From: an uncultured delta proteobacterium
GTDB lineage: Bacteria; Desulfobacterota; Binatia; UBA9968
Length of the DNA: 64,000 nt
Assembly (NCBI GenBank): GCA_963847445.1
Contig: CAWJZV010000014.1
Coordinates: 192,001-256,000, forward strand
Direction: 5' to 3'
This document shows positions 21,800 to 32,131 of the stretch, in pieces; the stretch's first letter is position 1; each line of letters starts with the position of its first letter. Made by a program: the position numbers and the translations under genes. Under the pieces are notes generated by a model. That model was not told the origin of the DNA. It ran no database searches and saw only the letters and a list, made by a program, of their open reading frames with translations.

Positions 21800-23863
21800 C
21801 TAAGCCTTGCGAAAGACCGGTTTCACCGGTTCGCCCTCAAGTCTATCGAGGACGTTGCCCTGGCGAATCGCCGCGCCGACGATTTCCATCGCCGTCCGGT
21901 ACACGCGCAACGTATGCTCGATGTCGCCGTTTGAATGGCTAAAGCAAATATTTTGTCCTCCGGAGAACAGCACGCCGCGTTTCAAGCACTCTTGTTGGAA
22001 CAAGCTCTTGACCAGCAACGATTCGCGCCCGCTGTCATCGAAAAAACTGATCACCGTGCGCGGCGCCAAGCCGCTCGTGCGCATGAAACGGTCGACGCTG
22101 AACTCTTTGGCCAGCACTTTGAATCCGTCGTTAAGTTGGCGCCCCAACTCCCAGAGATGGGCGATCACTTCTTTCTCGGCGATCTCCTTGAGCGTGGCGT
22201 TGGCCGCCGCTAGAGAAACCGCCTCACCGCCGAAGGTAAACGAAAAAAACACTTCCTCGAAACATTGCATGATCGCGCGCGGCCCGACCACCGCAGACAG
22301 CGGATAGCCGTTCGCCATCGCTTTGCCGAAACATGCGATATCGGGCAAAACGCCGAAATACTCCTGCGCGCCACCGCGTGCCAAACGAAAGCCCGTGACC
22401 ACTTCGTCGAAAATCAAAAGCGCTCCTTGGCGATGACAGAGATCGCGCACCGCCACGAGAAAGCCGTCCATCGGCTCAACGATCCCGATGGGCTCCATGA
22501 TCACCGCCGCGATTTGTCCAGGATGTTCGGCGAAACGGCGCTCTAAACTGTCGATGTCGTTGTATTCGAAGGTCTTGACTAAATCGCGCACGGATGCGGG
22601 TACGCCACGATTAAACGTGGTCGAACCGATGTACCAATCTTGCCAGCCGTGATAGCCACAGCAAACGATCAAGTCCCGCCCGGTAAGAGCGCGCGCCAAA
22701 CGCACCGCGCCGGCGGTGGCATCCGAGCCGTTTTTGCCGAAGCGCACCATTTCGGCGCAAGGAATCATCGCCGTCAACTGTTCGGCGACTTCGATCTCCA
22801 AGGGATGGGGCAACGACAACGCAACGCCGTCATCGATCTGCCGTCTGACCGCTTGATCAACCGCCGGATAACCATGGCCGAGAATAATTGGTCCCAAAGC
22901 CATCGGATAGTCGATGTACTCATTGCCATCAACGTCCCACACATGGCTGCCCTTGGCGCGCGCTAAAAATACCGGCGCGACGCCTTGGACATACTGCGTC
23001 GCACCTTTGCTGAGAGTTTGGGTCGCCGCCGGGATGATGGTCTGAGCTTTCTCGTAAAGCGCCAGCGAGCGCTCAAGCCGACGCGTCTGCGGCGTTACGG
23101 CGGGCTCTTGGGCTATGGAACGATAGTAGCCGCTATTGCGAATTTGCGCGCCATTGATTTTCGCCAGCGCTGGCTCGCCATCGAGCAGGCTAAGAACATC
23201 GCGCCAGCCGAATTCGGTCTTCGACGGCAACCGTGCATAGATCGCCCGGACAAACTCCAAATCGCGCGCTTCATCGACGCTCCAGCGATGCTCATGTAAC
23301 GATCCGCCCAATTCACATTCGACGTTGCGTAAACGAAAGCGTCCCGACGAGCGCAGATAGGTGGTGACATGTTCGCGATCGGTGGAGCGGCGCGCATCGC
23401 GCCAGGCGCTCTCGAGCGCCGCAAAGGAAAACACTTCGACATCGAGTCCGTCTGGATAGGTGCAGACGATCGTGTTGGCGGCATAATCGCAATCATCGGT
23501 TAAGTATGCCGCGATCACCCGGTCGATGACTTGCGGATCGATCAACGGGCAATCCGCGGTGACTCGCACAACCATGGCCGCTCGATGCTCTTTGGCGGCT
23601 TGGTAGTAACGGTCCAACACGTCGCTCTCGCTGCCGCGATAGACGGCGACGCAATTGGCGCGGCACAGCTCGACAATCCGGTCATCCGCCACGGTATTCG
23701 ACGTAGCAACGACGATGGCGTCAATTTTCTGTGCCGCCGCGACACGGGACACGACTCGGGTCAACATCGGCTCGCCGGCGATATCGGCCAGCACCTTGCC
23801 GGGTAAACGCGTCGATCCGACCCGCGCTTGAACGATCGCTAAGATATTATCGTGGGCTTCCAC
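21800..23863 (-). CDS. SpsF-type cytidylyltransferase fused to a class-III (GSA-like) PLP aminotransferase
   Basis: AIVQARVGSTRLPGKVL, RGSESDVLDRY, RVTADCPLIDP, REHVT; then DVDGNEYIDY, KNGSDAT, GYHGWQDW, FDEVVTGFR, FGKAMANGYP. Confidence 0.88.
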   Translation of the reverse strand: MEAHDNILAIVQARVGSTRLPGKVLADIAGEPMLTRVVSRVAAAQKIDAIVVATSNTVADDRIVELCRANCVAVYRGSESDVLDRYYQAAKEHRAAMVVRVTADCPLIDPQVIDRVIAAYLTDDCDYAANTIVCTYPDGLDVEVFSFAALESAWRDARRSTDREHVTTYLRSSGRFRLRNVECELGGSLHEHRWSVDEARDLEFVRAIYARLPSKTEFGWRDVLSLLDGEPALAKINGAQIRNSGYYRSIAQEPAVTPQTRRLERSLALYEKAQTIIPAATQTLSKGATQYVQGVAPVFLARAKGSHVWDVDGNEYIDYPMALGPIILGHGYPAVDQAVRRQIDDGVALSLPHPLEIEVAEQLTAMIPCAEMVRFGKNGSDATAGAVRLARALTGRDLIVCCGYHGWQDWYIGSTTFNRGVPASVRDLVKTFEYNDIDSLERRFAEHPGQIAAVIMEPIGIVEPMDGFLVAVRDLCHRQGALLIFDEVVTGFRLARGGAQEYFGVLPDIACFGKAMANGYPLSAVVGPRAIMQCFEEVFFSFTFGGEAVSLAAANATLKEIAEKEVIAHLWELGRQLNDGFKVLAKEFSVDRFMRTSGLAPRTVISFFDDSGRESLLVKSLFQQECLKRGVLFSGGQNICFSHSNGDIEHTLRVYRTAMEIVGAAIRQGNVLDRLEGEPVKPVFRKA

Positions 23864-24887
23864 CGGCACCCTCCAATCGAATCCACTGTCGCTGCTCTGC
23901 CGATTGTTTAGCGGCCAGCGCGATGCACAACACTTCCGCTGCTTGCGAAACCTCGAGCTCAGGATTGGCATCACCCGCGAGACAGGCGAGAAAATGCTTC
24001 ATTTCATCGATATACATCTGATTGACTTCCCAGCCGGCGGGATTTTCGTATTGGTTCCATTGCCGTGTACGCGCCGAATACCAGCGCACTTGCCCGGCGG
24101 CGAAGTCCCAATGAATTGTGCCCTCGTCGCCGATGATTTGGCAGGTGCGCCGATAGGCGCGCTGGACATAGTCCAAATGGACTTCGCCGAAAGTTCCATT
24201 CGCGAATTGCAAAAGCATCGCCGCGGTGTCCTCGGTATCGATTTCGAGATGGCTCAATTTGCCGGCAAGACAAACCGCGTCGACGACCGGGCCGAAGAGC
24301 CAGCGCATATAGTCGATCTCGTGAATGGCGTCGAGAATGACGCCGCCACCGAGTTCGCGGCGCGCGCTGTAGCTCTGCTGGTAATCCTCCCAGGGATGCC
24401 AGTCCGGCAGATACTGCCCGACCTCGACGCGTGCCGCGATCACCCGGCCGACGGCGTCATCCGCCAGCAAACGCTTTAACTCGCGCAGCCCTGGATGAAA
24501 TCTCATATTGCAGCCAACCAAGGTCACGAGCCGCTGCTGTGAAACTTTACCCAGCAGCTCTTCGACCCCTTGCCAGCTATGCGACAACGGTTTTTCGATA
24601 AACAGATGACAGCCTTGCTCGGCGCCTTTGAGCGCCAGCTCCAAATGCAACGACGTTGGCGCGGTAATCAGACAAACATCCGGGCGCTGCTCCCATGCCG
24701 CCTCCAGAGACGCGACGGTTTCGATGCCGTAACCACCCGCCACTTTGGCCAAGCGTGCGCTCTGGGTATCGAAGCCGATGATGTCATTGACACCGAGTCG
24801 ACGGAGATTCTCGATATGACGCTTGCCGATGGAGCCGCAGCCAATCACCAAGAAGCGCCACTTCGTAGGCTCGCGACTTTTACCCAT
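23847..24887 (-). CDS. Gfo/Idh/MocA family NAD-dependent oxidoreductase
   Basis: VIGCGSIGKRH, LFIEKP, VGCNMRFHP, GQYLPDWHPWEDY, GGGVILDAIHEID; in frame with the upstream methyltransferase in this assembly. Confidence 0.85.
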   Translation of the reverse strand: MGKSREPTKWRFLVIGCGSIGKRHIENLRRLGVNDIIGFDTQSARLAKVAGGYGIETVASLEAAWEQRPDVCLITAPTSLHLELALKGAEQGCHLFIEKPLSHSWQGVEELLGKVSQQRLVTLVGCNMRFHPGLRELKRLLADDAVGRVIAARVEVGQYLPDWHPWEDYQQSYSARRELGGGVILDAIHEIDYMRWLFGPVVDAVCLAGKLSHLEIDTEDTAAMLLQFANGTFGEVHLDYVQRAYRRTCQIIGDEGTIHWDFAAGQVRWYSARTRQWNQYENPAGWEVNQMYIDEMKHFLACLAGDANPELEVSQAAEVLCIALAAKQSAEQRQWIRLEGAGGSPR

Positions 24888-25562
24888 GAAGGCCGTTTTC
24901 TCCGGTGTGCCTGTAATGGTTGCGAGTTCCTTGCGCAGTAACGTTGCGCCGATCCGGTCATGCTCGACCGCACGCGGATCGAGAGCCTTGGTCGAATGAT
25001 CGGCGCTCAGCATGGCGACCGGATGATACAGGCCGGCGCTCCGAAAAAGCGCCGGGTAATCCTGCTTGTACGTGTAAACCTCGCTATCGGTTAAATGGTG
25101 ATAGCGGGCGCGGATAAAATTGGCCGGTTGAAAATCACCGATAATGAGGAAGCCGCCGTCCTTGACCAAGCGATCAATTTCGCCAACCGACCGGAGCAGT
25201 GAAACCCGGTCGATCCAATGCAAGACGAAATTGACAATGACCAGATCAAAGGACTCCTTGACCGGCACCGCACCGGCGCTGCCGCGAATAAACGTCAATG
25301 CCGGAAAACTCGCTTTGCCGTCGCAGATGGCATCGGCCGAGGGCTCAAGCGCGACGCAGCGAGCGCCGCTCCATCGTTCGATCGCCGCCAAGCGAAACCC
25401 GTTGGCCGCGCCGATCTCAATTACGGATTGCGGCCGGAGGTTGTAAAGCTCTAGCAGGCGCAGCGGCAAGTCCGCGCTGGCATCGAAGGCACCTAGAGCG
25501 GCGCGATTGCGCGCGAACCAGCGGTCGCCTTCGGTTTGGCGAAAAATGTCATCCTGTAACAC
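24888..25562 (-). CDS. Class I SAM-dependent methyltransferase (nonulosonate-locus associated); 3' end uncertain
   Basis: EGDRWFARN, VIEIGAANG, FDLVIVNFVLHW, DRLVKDGGFLII, YTYKQDY. Confidence 0.75.
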
Positions 25563-26654
25563 GGCTCTCGCTCCTTAATTCATCGGCGCTTAGCGATCCG
25601 GCGAGCGCGCCGACCATATCCCAAGCGAGCGGCGTGCCCCGCGCTAAATCACGGCTTGCGGTTTGACCGATGACGTTGGGTAAATGTCTTGTGTGCAAGC
25701 CATGACCGGGGCGGATCGAGCGCACGTTCTCATCGCTAAATCGCTCCCCGCCTTGATGTCTTTGACGACGAACAACGAGCGGCGAAACGTCCGGCTTTTC
25801 GCTTCAGCGGCGCTCAAGCCGTAGTGAATCCGCCCAAGCGCTTTTTCGGTGATCCGGATGGCGTCGACCATGTCTTTGAATTCCCGTGGTTCGAGCGAAA
25901 ACTCGCTGTCCGGTCCGTGATGTGCGCGCGAGAGCGTGAAATGTTTTTCGATGATGCAGGCGCCGAGACTCACCGCCGCCACCGCCACCGTCGTACCAAG
26001 CGTATGGTCGGATAAACCCACCGGCACGCCGAAGGCGTCGGCGAGATGGGCGATGGTGCGCAGATTCATATCTTCGGGCGGCGCCGGATAGGCACTGGTG
26101 CATTTCAACAGCGCCACTTGGCGCGCGCCGGCGGCGCGCAGTGTTTGTACCAGTTCGTCGATTTCCGCCAGACTCGCCATGCCGGTGGACGCGATCACCG
26201 GCTTGCCGGTTTTCGCAACCTGTTGGAGTAAAGCGATATCGCCGTTTTCGAAGGACGCGATTTTATGCGCCGGCACCCGCATGGCCTCGAGAAACTCGAC
26301 GGCGCTCAAGTCGAAGGGGGTGGAAAACAGCGCGATGCCGATGTCGTCGGCTGCGCGCTTAAGCTTGGGCTGCCATTCCCACGGCGTGAACGCTTCCTGA
26401 TATAACTCGTAGAGCTTTTTGCCGTGCCAAAGAGTCCCGTGAATTTGAAACCATTCGTTGTCACAATCGAGTGTCAGCGTATCCGCCGTATAGGTTTGCA
26501 GTTTCACCGCGTCGGCGCCGCAAGCTTTGGCGGCATGGACGAGTTCCAGTGCTTGGGCGTAGTCCTGCCCATGGTTCGCCGACAGTTCGGCGATCACATA
26601 GACAGGCGATCCCGGCCCAATGCGCCGGCCGGCGATTTCAATGTAGGCTGGCAT
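25549..26654 (-). CDS. pseI: Pseudaminic acid synthase (frameshift near 25735 in the SAF domain)
   Basis: IAELSANH, AVKLQTYTADT, FTPWEWQ, KIASFE, LKCTSAYPA, GLSDHT, IEKHFTL, DSEFSLEP, FRRSLF. Confidence 0.9.
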
Positions 26655-28224
26655 GACTCTCGCGCGCGGAACTCGCATCGCAATTACGGCGGAATATCAT
26701 GCATAGCCGGCCATCGGGGCGGCGCGCTTCGGCCGCGACAAATCCCGCCTTAAGAAATACCCGGCGCGACGCTTCATTGTCCTGGAGCGCCACAGCTTGA
26801 ATGCTATCCGCCGCGAGTTCACCAGCGGCGAGCGGCGCCGTCGCTTCGAGCAGACGAGTGCCAAGTTGCCGGCCACGAAAACCCGGTGCGACACTGAAGC
26901 TGATCTCCGCGGCAACGCCAATATCCGAAACCACGCGGTCATAGCGGATCTGCGCCACCGGCAAGTCGCCGATCTGCATGATCCACCAGCCGGCAGTCGG
27001 GCGCGGCAAATTTCTTGGCGCACCAGGCTTGGTGATCGTCCCAGCTAATTGCAGCGCGAGAAAAGGAGTTGCGTCGAGTAAGCGGATCGTTGGCCCACTG
27101 CCACAGCAACAACGCGTCGCCAACGCCGGCGCGCCGAATCGTGAACTCGCTCTGGCGGTTAAAGCTTTGTCGTTCGCGCATCGCCGCCAGCACCCTTGCC
27201 GGACCGCCGCCGTCAACTAAATTTTTGCCGCGCTCGGCCATCAGCCGGCGGCGCGCAGGGTCGTCGATCAACTCGCGCAGGGCTGCCGCTATGTCGTGAA
27301 GGCCTAGTTTTTCGGCGCGCCCGAGCGATTGGCCGGCAGCGAACTCAGTGACACCGGCGGCGACACCGGTCTGATTTTCCGCGGCCACCAACAACAGCGC
27401 CGGGGTTTGCATGAAGGCCAACTCCCAAGCCGTGGTGCCCGCTGCGGCGATGGCGATATCCGCCCAAGCCATTAGCGGCGACGGATCGCTAACATCAGTG
27501 TGTATTCGCATGTTCGGTGTCGCGGCGGCGTGACGGCGTAGGGCGTCGATATGGGGATTGAGCGGTCCGGCGAGGACTTGCACGTCGACGGCGCGATCTT
27601 TTAACATCGCCAAGGCGTCCATCACTTTCGCCGTTAGATTGCCACCATCCGCACCGCCCATAGTCAGCAAAATATTTCTCGCGGTTTGCCGGAATGGGAC
27701 GCTGGAAATCGCACCAGCGGTCGAACTCCGCGCGTAATAGCGCGTAACGAGTACCGAGGAGCAGCCAGGCGTCGGCGCTGATTTGATAGTCCAGGCGCGG
27801 CGCGAGAGCGCCATGATTGAGCACAATGTCGGCGTCGTAGCGCGCCAGATGGGCGGTGTCGTCAATTACTAAAAGCCGGCAACCGCTGCGCCGGATGGCC
27901 GTCTTGATAGGTCGACGTAAAATGGTAGCCATCCAAAATTACCCAAGGCAGCGCAGCGCCGTTGGAGCCAAGGCGAGCGATGGTTGCCAGGGTCGCCTCG
28001 AGGTCGGCGTCCATGGGACAGGGATGGACGATCTCGCTCACAGTGGCGCCGGCAAGTTCCATGCGCCGCCGTAGTGCCGGCGGCGGCTGGGACGTGAGAA
28101 AGTCCACCGCGCCGCCTTGCCCATGCCAGGCATGGGCTAAGGCCAAACTACGCAGCACATGGCCGATGCCGCGCGCGCCATCGGCGTCAGCGCGCACCAG
28201 CAGCGGCGGCAGCTTGGGTTTCAT
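26638..28224 (-). CDS. pseG: PseG UDP-sugar hydrolase fused to a PseH-like GNAT acetyltransferase (several apparent frameshifts)
   Basis: RADADGARGIGHVLRSLALA, LDGY, LVIDD, TMGGAD, AAAGTTAWE, AENQ; C-terminal WANDPLTRRNSF..HQAW..FRGRQLG..NEASRRVFLKAGF. Confidence 0.82.
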
Positions 28225-29428
28225 GACCATAGTGGCTCACAACCTTCCAACAGGCGACGATCGCGTCGTCGACATCGGCGTCGCTCATCGCGGGAAAAAT
28301 CGGCAGCGAAAGAATCTTTTCGTAGGCCGCTTCGGCATTGGGGCAGAGGCCGGCGCGGGTGGCGAAACGCTCGCGGTAATAGGGATGAAGATGCACCGGC
28401 AAATAATGCACGTTGACGCCGATGCCTTCGGCGCGCAGGGCGGCGAAAATTTGCCCCCGGTCCGCAGTCAGGTAGTTGCCGTCCAGTTGCACGACATAGA
28501 GATGATAACCATGTTCCCGGTCGGCGCTCACCGTGAGCGGCCGGAGCGCCGGGCATTCCTTGAAGGCCGCATCGTAACGCCGGGCGATTTCACGGCGGCG
28601 CGCCACCCAGTGGGGCAGCTTAGCCAATTGACTCAAGCCGAGGGCGCACTGAATATCGCTCAGGCGGTAGTTGTAGCCCAACTCGACCATATCGTAGAGC
28701 CAAGAACCCAGTTGTTCGCGTTGAAAATGGTCCGCGGTGATGCCGTGATTGCGAAACCGGCGCATGGCGTGGGCAGTCTCGAAGCCGGCGCAGCTAATCA
28801 TGCCGCCCTCGCCAGTGGTCATGGCTTTCACCGGATGCAGACTGAAAATATTAAGATCGGCAAGCGTGCCCACCGGCCGGCCCTTGTAAGCGCCGCCGAG
28901 CGAATGGCAGGCATCGGCGACCAGCGCCAAACGATGGCGTTGCGCCAGCGCGCGCAGAGCATCGTAGTCGCAAGGCTGGCCGGCGTAATCGACGGCGACG
29001 ATGGCTCGCGTGTTCGCGGTTATCTTCGCTTCGACAGCCAGGGGATCGATCAATAATGATTCACCATGAACATCGGCAAACACCGGGGTCGCGCCCTGAT
29101 AGACGACGCAGTTAGCGCTGGCGGCAAAGGTCATCGCCGGCACGATCACTTCATCGCCGGGGCCAATGCCGAGCGCGGCCATGGCGCAATGGAGCGCCGC
29201 CGTGCCGCTGCTCACCGCCACCGCTTCGCCCGCCCGCACCGACGCGGCGAAGGCGCGTTCGAATTCGCGCACTCGCGGTCCGGTGGTCAACCAGTCCGAA
29301 CGCAAGGCGTCGGCGACCGCGGCAATATCGCTCTCATCGATGCTTTGGTGGCCGTAGGGCAACACCTTGCCGCGCACCGGCGTGCCGCCGTCAATCGCTA
29401 GAGGGGAACGCGCCATTCGATTAGCCAT
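28187..29428 (-). CDS. pseC: UDP-4-amino-4,6-dideoxy-N-acetyl-beta-L-altrosamine transaminase
   Basis: LPYGHQSID, LTTGPRV, SSGTAALH, DACHSLG, FSLHPVKAMTTGEGG, LGYNYRLSDIQCALG. Confidence 0.9.
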   Translation of the reverse strand: MANRMARSPLAIDGGTPVRGKVLPYGHQSIDESDIAAVADALRSDWLTTGPRVREFERAFAASVRAGEAVAVSSGTAALHCAMAALGIGPGDEVIVPAMTFAASANCVVYQGATPVFADVHGESLLIDPLAVEAKITANTRAIVAVDYAGQPCDYDALRALAQRHRLALVADACHSLGGAYKGRPVGTLADLNIFSLHPVKAMTTGEGGMISCAGFETAHAMRRFRNHGITADHFQREQLGSWLYDMVELGYNYRLSDIQCALGLSQLAKLPHWVARRREIARRYDAAFKECPALRPLTVSADREHGYHLYVVQLDGNYLTADRGQIFAALRAEGIGVNVHYLPVHLHPYYRERFATRAGLCPNAEAAYEKILSLPIFPAMSDADVDDAIVACWKVVSHYGHETQAAAAAGAR

Positions 29429-30416
29429 GAATATTCACCAGGCGTTGCAGTTCGTCGACACTGAGCCAACTAGGATTATTATCACTGCTATAGTGAAACC
29501 CGGGAGGACAGGGCTTGCCGCCATTAACATTACCTTTGCCGTTGGCCGCGGGCGCGCGAATGACGAAACAGTCGTCGTATTCCATAGCGTTGCGGGCATC
29601 GTCTTCCGGCACCATGGTTTCGTGCAGTTTTTCGCCAGGCCTCACGCCGACGACATCGAGGCGACATTCGGGAGCGATGGCGCGTGCCAGATCGCCAATA
29701 TTCATGCTGGGAATTTTCGGCACGAAGATTTCGCCGCCCTGCATCCGGTCGAGGCAGGCCAAAACGAATTGCACCGCCTGCTCCAAGGTAATCCAGAAAC
29801 GGGTCATCTTCGGATCGGTCACCGGCAACACGCCGGTGGAGCGCCGCTGTTGAAAGAACGGGATGACGCTGCCGCGGCTACCCATGACGTTGCCATAGCG
29901 CACCACGCTAAACCGGGTGCCATGGTGGCCGGAATAGCCGTTGGAAGCGATGAATAATTTATCCGAGCACAGCTTGGTCGCACCGTAAAGATTGATCGGG
30001 TTGGCCGCTTTGTCGGTGCTGAGCGCGATCACGCGCTGTACATTACGGTCGATGGCTGCGTCGATGATATTGGCGCCGCCCAAGACGTTGGTCTTGATCA
30101 CTTCGATGGGATTGTATTCGGCGCTCGGCACTTGCTTGAGCGCCGCCGCGTGAATCACGATATCTACGCCGTCCATGGCGCGGTACAAGCGCTCGCGGTC
30201 GCGCACGTCGCCAAGGAAATAGCGCATGCAGGGAAACTGCTGTTCGTTGAAATGCTCGCGCATGTCAAATTGCTTCAATTCGTCGCGGCTAAAAATAATC
30301 AGCTTTTTCGGTGTCTGGTCGCGTAAAACCGTCTCGACAAATTGCTTGCCGAAGGAGCCGGTGCCACCGGTGACCATCACGACTTTGTTTTTCAGACCGC
30401 CCGTCTTGGGATTCAT
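29421..30416 (-). CDS. pseB: UDP-N-acetylglucosamine 4,6-dehydratase (inverting)
   Basis: TGGTGSFG, SRDELKQ, HAAALKQVP, STDKAANPINLYGATK, RYGNVMGSRGSVIP, MTRFWITL. Confidence 0.95.
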   Translation of the reverse strand: MNPKTGGLKNKVVMVTGGTGSFGKQFVETVLRDQTPKKLIIFSRDELKQFDMREHFNEQQFPCMRYFLGDVRDRERLYRAMDGVDIVIHAAALKQVPSAEYNPIEVIKTNVLGGANIIDAAIDRNVQRVIALSTDKAANPINLYGATKLCSDKLFIASNGYSGHHGTRFSVVRYGNVMGSRGSVIPFFQQRRSTGVLPVTDPKMTRFWITLEQAVQFVLACLDRMQGGEIFVPKIPSMNIGDLARAIAPECRLDVVGVRPGEKLHETMVPEDDARNAMEYDDCFVIRAPAANGKGNVNGGKPCPPGFHYSSDNNPSWLSVDELQRLVNIHG

Positions 30417-30480
30417 AATATTTCACCCTCGCTGGAATAGGTGTTCAGCTGCACGGCGCGGCAGCTCTGGCGCGGCAACC

Positions 30481-30515
30481 GTCGGTGATCTGACTGTGTG
30501 ACAGGAATTTGACGC
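30481..30515. promoter_or_regulatory. Two FleQ-type boxes in the pseB leader
   Basis: GTCG-N6-TGAC (30481-30494) and GACA-N6-TGAC (30500-30513). Confidence 0.45.
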
Positions 30516-30559
30516 CGGTATGCCGCCATGCAAGCCTTTTTTGCTTTCTTGGTTGTTAC

Positions 30560-30575
30560 TGCAATCCCCAAGCCA
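30560..30575 (-). promoter_or_regulatory. sigma54 promoter of the pse operon
   Basis: TGGCTTGGGGATTGCA (GG-N10-GC). Confidence 0.6.
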
Positions 30576-30629
30576 GTGACGGCGTTGCCGCGGTCGGTAA
30601 GACTAGTCCGCGGTATTGAAAGGCAACCG

Positions 30630-31130
30630 AATGGTCCGCGCCGCTCGCCCAATTTACTGCCGATCGTAACCTCGCCGCCTAACAGCGCCAGTAAGCGACG
30701 AACCAAATAGAGCCCGATACCCATGCAGTCATAGCGCCGGCCGTCGTTCTCTTCGAACTAGCGAAAACCTTCAAAGATAATTTTTTGCTGCTCGACATCG
30801 ATGCCGATGCCAGTGTCGGCGATGGCCACTTCCAAGTGCTTTTGGTCCAGCCGCGCGGATAGGACGATCTTTCCCTCATCGGTAAATTTTGCCGCATTGT
30901 CGAGCAGATGCTCAGCACCTACACCAGTCGGTCCGGAGCGGTGACGACCTTGCCCTGGCAAACGTAATCCCTGACAAACTCGATCGGCTTTTTACCGATC
31001 ACGCGCGGCGCTTGAGCGGCAACTTCACCAAGACGATGCGCTCGTCCCGCGCCAGCTGCAAAATCTTGCCGGCGACAGGGGAAATCGGCAGTTCGCTGAC
31101 CCGCTCAAGAACTCTTTCATCTCGTTGCAT
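30630..31130 (-). pseudogene. Remnant of an HDOD/histidine kinase gene
   Basis: HDOD-like start VSELPISPVAGKILQLARDE jumps to HATPase LLDNAAKFT..DTGIGI..IFEGFR, in-frame TAG, then GIGLYLVRRL; HisKA missing. Confidence 0.7.
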
Positions 31131-31145
31131 AGCAGTCGCTAGAGC

Positions 31146-31172
31146 GGATCGGCATTCACTCGTTTCCCTTAA
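31146..31172 (-). promoter_or_regulatory. sigma28-like promoter of the HDOD/HK remnant
   Basis: TTAAGGGA-N11-GCCGATCC. Confidence 0.45.
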
Positions 31173-31443
31173 ACATCCATTGGGGACGACAAACTGACAA
31201 AGGAACAAGGCGCTGGCATGGCCAGCGTGCGACAGCGGCCAACCCCTGGCTTTCCAACGTGACTGCCACGAGGCTTCGAGCATCGCCGCCGATTAGCGAA
31301 TGCGGGGAGAGGTCCGACGGCGTGCGTTAACGAACGATCACTCGCCCTGCCTGGGCTGTTTGTGACACACCGCGGTCCTGGCCAACAGCTCTACGCAAAC
31401 GCTGGTCTCGGTGAAAGCGTCAGAAAACGGCAGGCAGCGGTGA

Positions 31444-31884
31444 TTATTTGACGATCAAGGGAAAGCGCAGCGGATACTCTTCGACGACCAACTGAACGCC
31501 GAGCCCGCTGTCGATGCCGATCGCCAGCGGCCCTTGCAAATTCACCGTGATATCTTCGATGCGCTCGCGCACCGTAACGATCAGAAGCGGCAGTACTTGC
31601 TGCTCACTACGGACGCCGAGACCACCGAGCAACTCGGCCGATAATGGCAGACAATAATCTAGCGATACCCAATCGGGATGGATCACCAGGAACGACAGTT
31701 CTCGGTCCCTGGAGTGCAAAACAAAAAACGGCGAAGAGGCACCGTCGCCGGCTTCGAAGTGGGAAAGTTCAAAGCGCTGGCAATCGGGAAAGCCCAATAG
31801 CCCAGCCGGAAAGTTCACTTCACGGCCCAGCAAGCCGCTCACGAGCGCTGCTGCAGCGCTCGGTTCAGCTGCTGGTGCGCTCAC
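31444..31884 (-). CDS. fliW: Flagellar assembly factor FliW (start approximate)
   Basis: [41 protein letters not shown]. Confidence 0.88.
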   Translation of the reverse strand: MSAPAAEPSAAAALVSGLLGREVNFPAGLLGFPDCQRFELSHFEAGDGASSPFFVLHSRDRELSFLVIHPDWVSLDYCLPLSAELLGGLGVRSEQQVLPLLIVTVRERIEDITVNLQGPLAIGIDSGLGVQLVVEEYPLRFPLIVK

Positions 31885-32122
31885 CGGCTTTGTCACGCAA
31901 CTGTTTGACAACATCCCCAAACCTCCTGGTGCGATCCGCCGCGTTGGCGGCGGCGTGATTTTCGTCTTTGATCGCCTGAACAATTTCTTGCCGCAGCACG
32001 CGCACTTGGCGTGGGGCTTCGATGCCGAGTCGGATCTGATTGCCGCCCACTGCGACAATCGTGACGACGATGTCGTCGCCGATGGTGATGCTTTCGCCAA
32101 CTCGGCGGCTTAAAATTAGCAT
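31865..32122 (-). CDS. csrA: Carbon storage regulator CsrA (long, FliW-type tail)
   Basis: [38 protein letters not shown]. Confidence 0.95.
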   Translation of the reverse strand: MLILSRRVGESITIGDDIVVTIVAVGGNQIRLGIEAPRQVRVLRQEIVQAIKDENHAAANAADRTRRFGDVVKQLRDKAGERTSS

Positions 32123-32131
32123 GACACCACG

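Noticed and set aside
23847-25562. Methyltransferase-oxidoreductase fusion (571-aa ORF)
   Set aside because: An internal ATG sits just before the Rossmann motif, and the indel rate makes an artefactual fusion plausible; not claimed.
27962-29056. Long antisense ORFs (also 2965-3870, 45754-46629, 56441-57364)
   Set aside because: Shadows of high-GC coding genes on the opposite strand, with no motifs of their own.
31200-31440. Possible c-di-GMP riboswitch or sRNA downstream of fliW
   Set aside because: Short hairpins and GCAAAC/GAAA words are present, but I could not build the two-stem GEMM architecture; an Rfam scan is needed.
31444-32100. Long fliW ORF overlapping nearly all of csrA
   Set aside because: FliW similarity starts only near the csrA stop; the extension is an open alternative frame.
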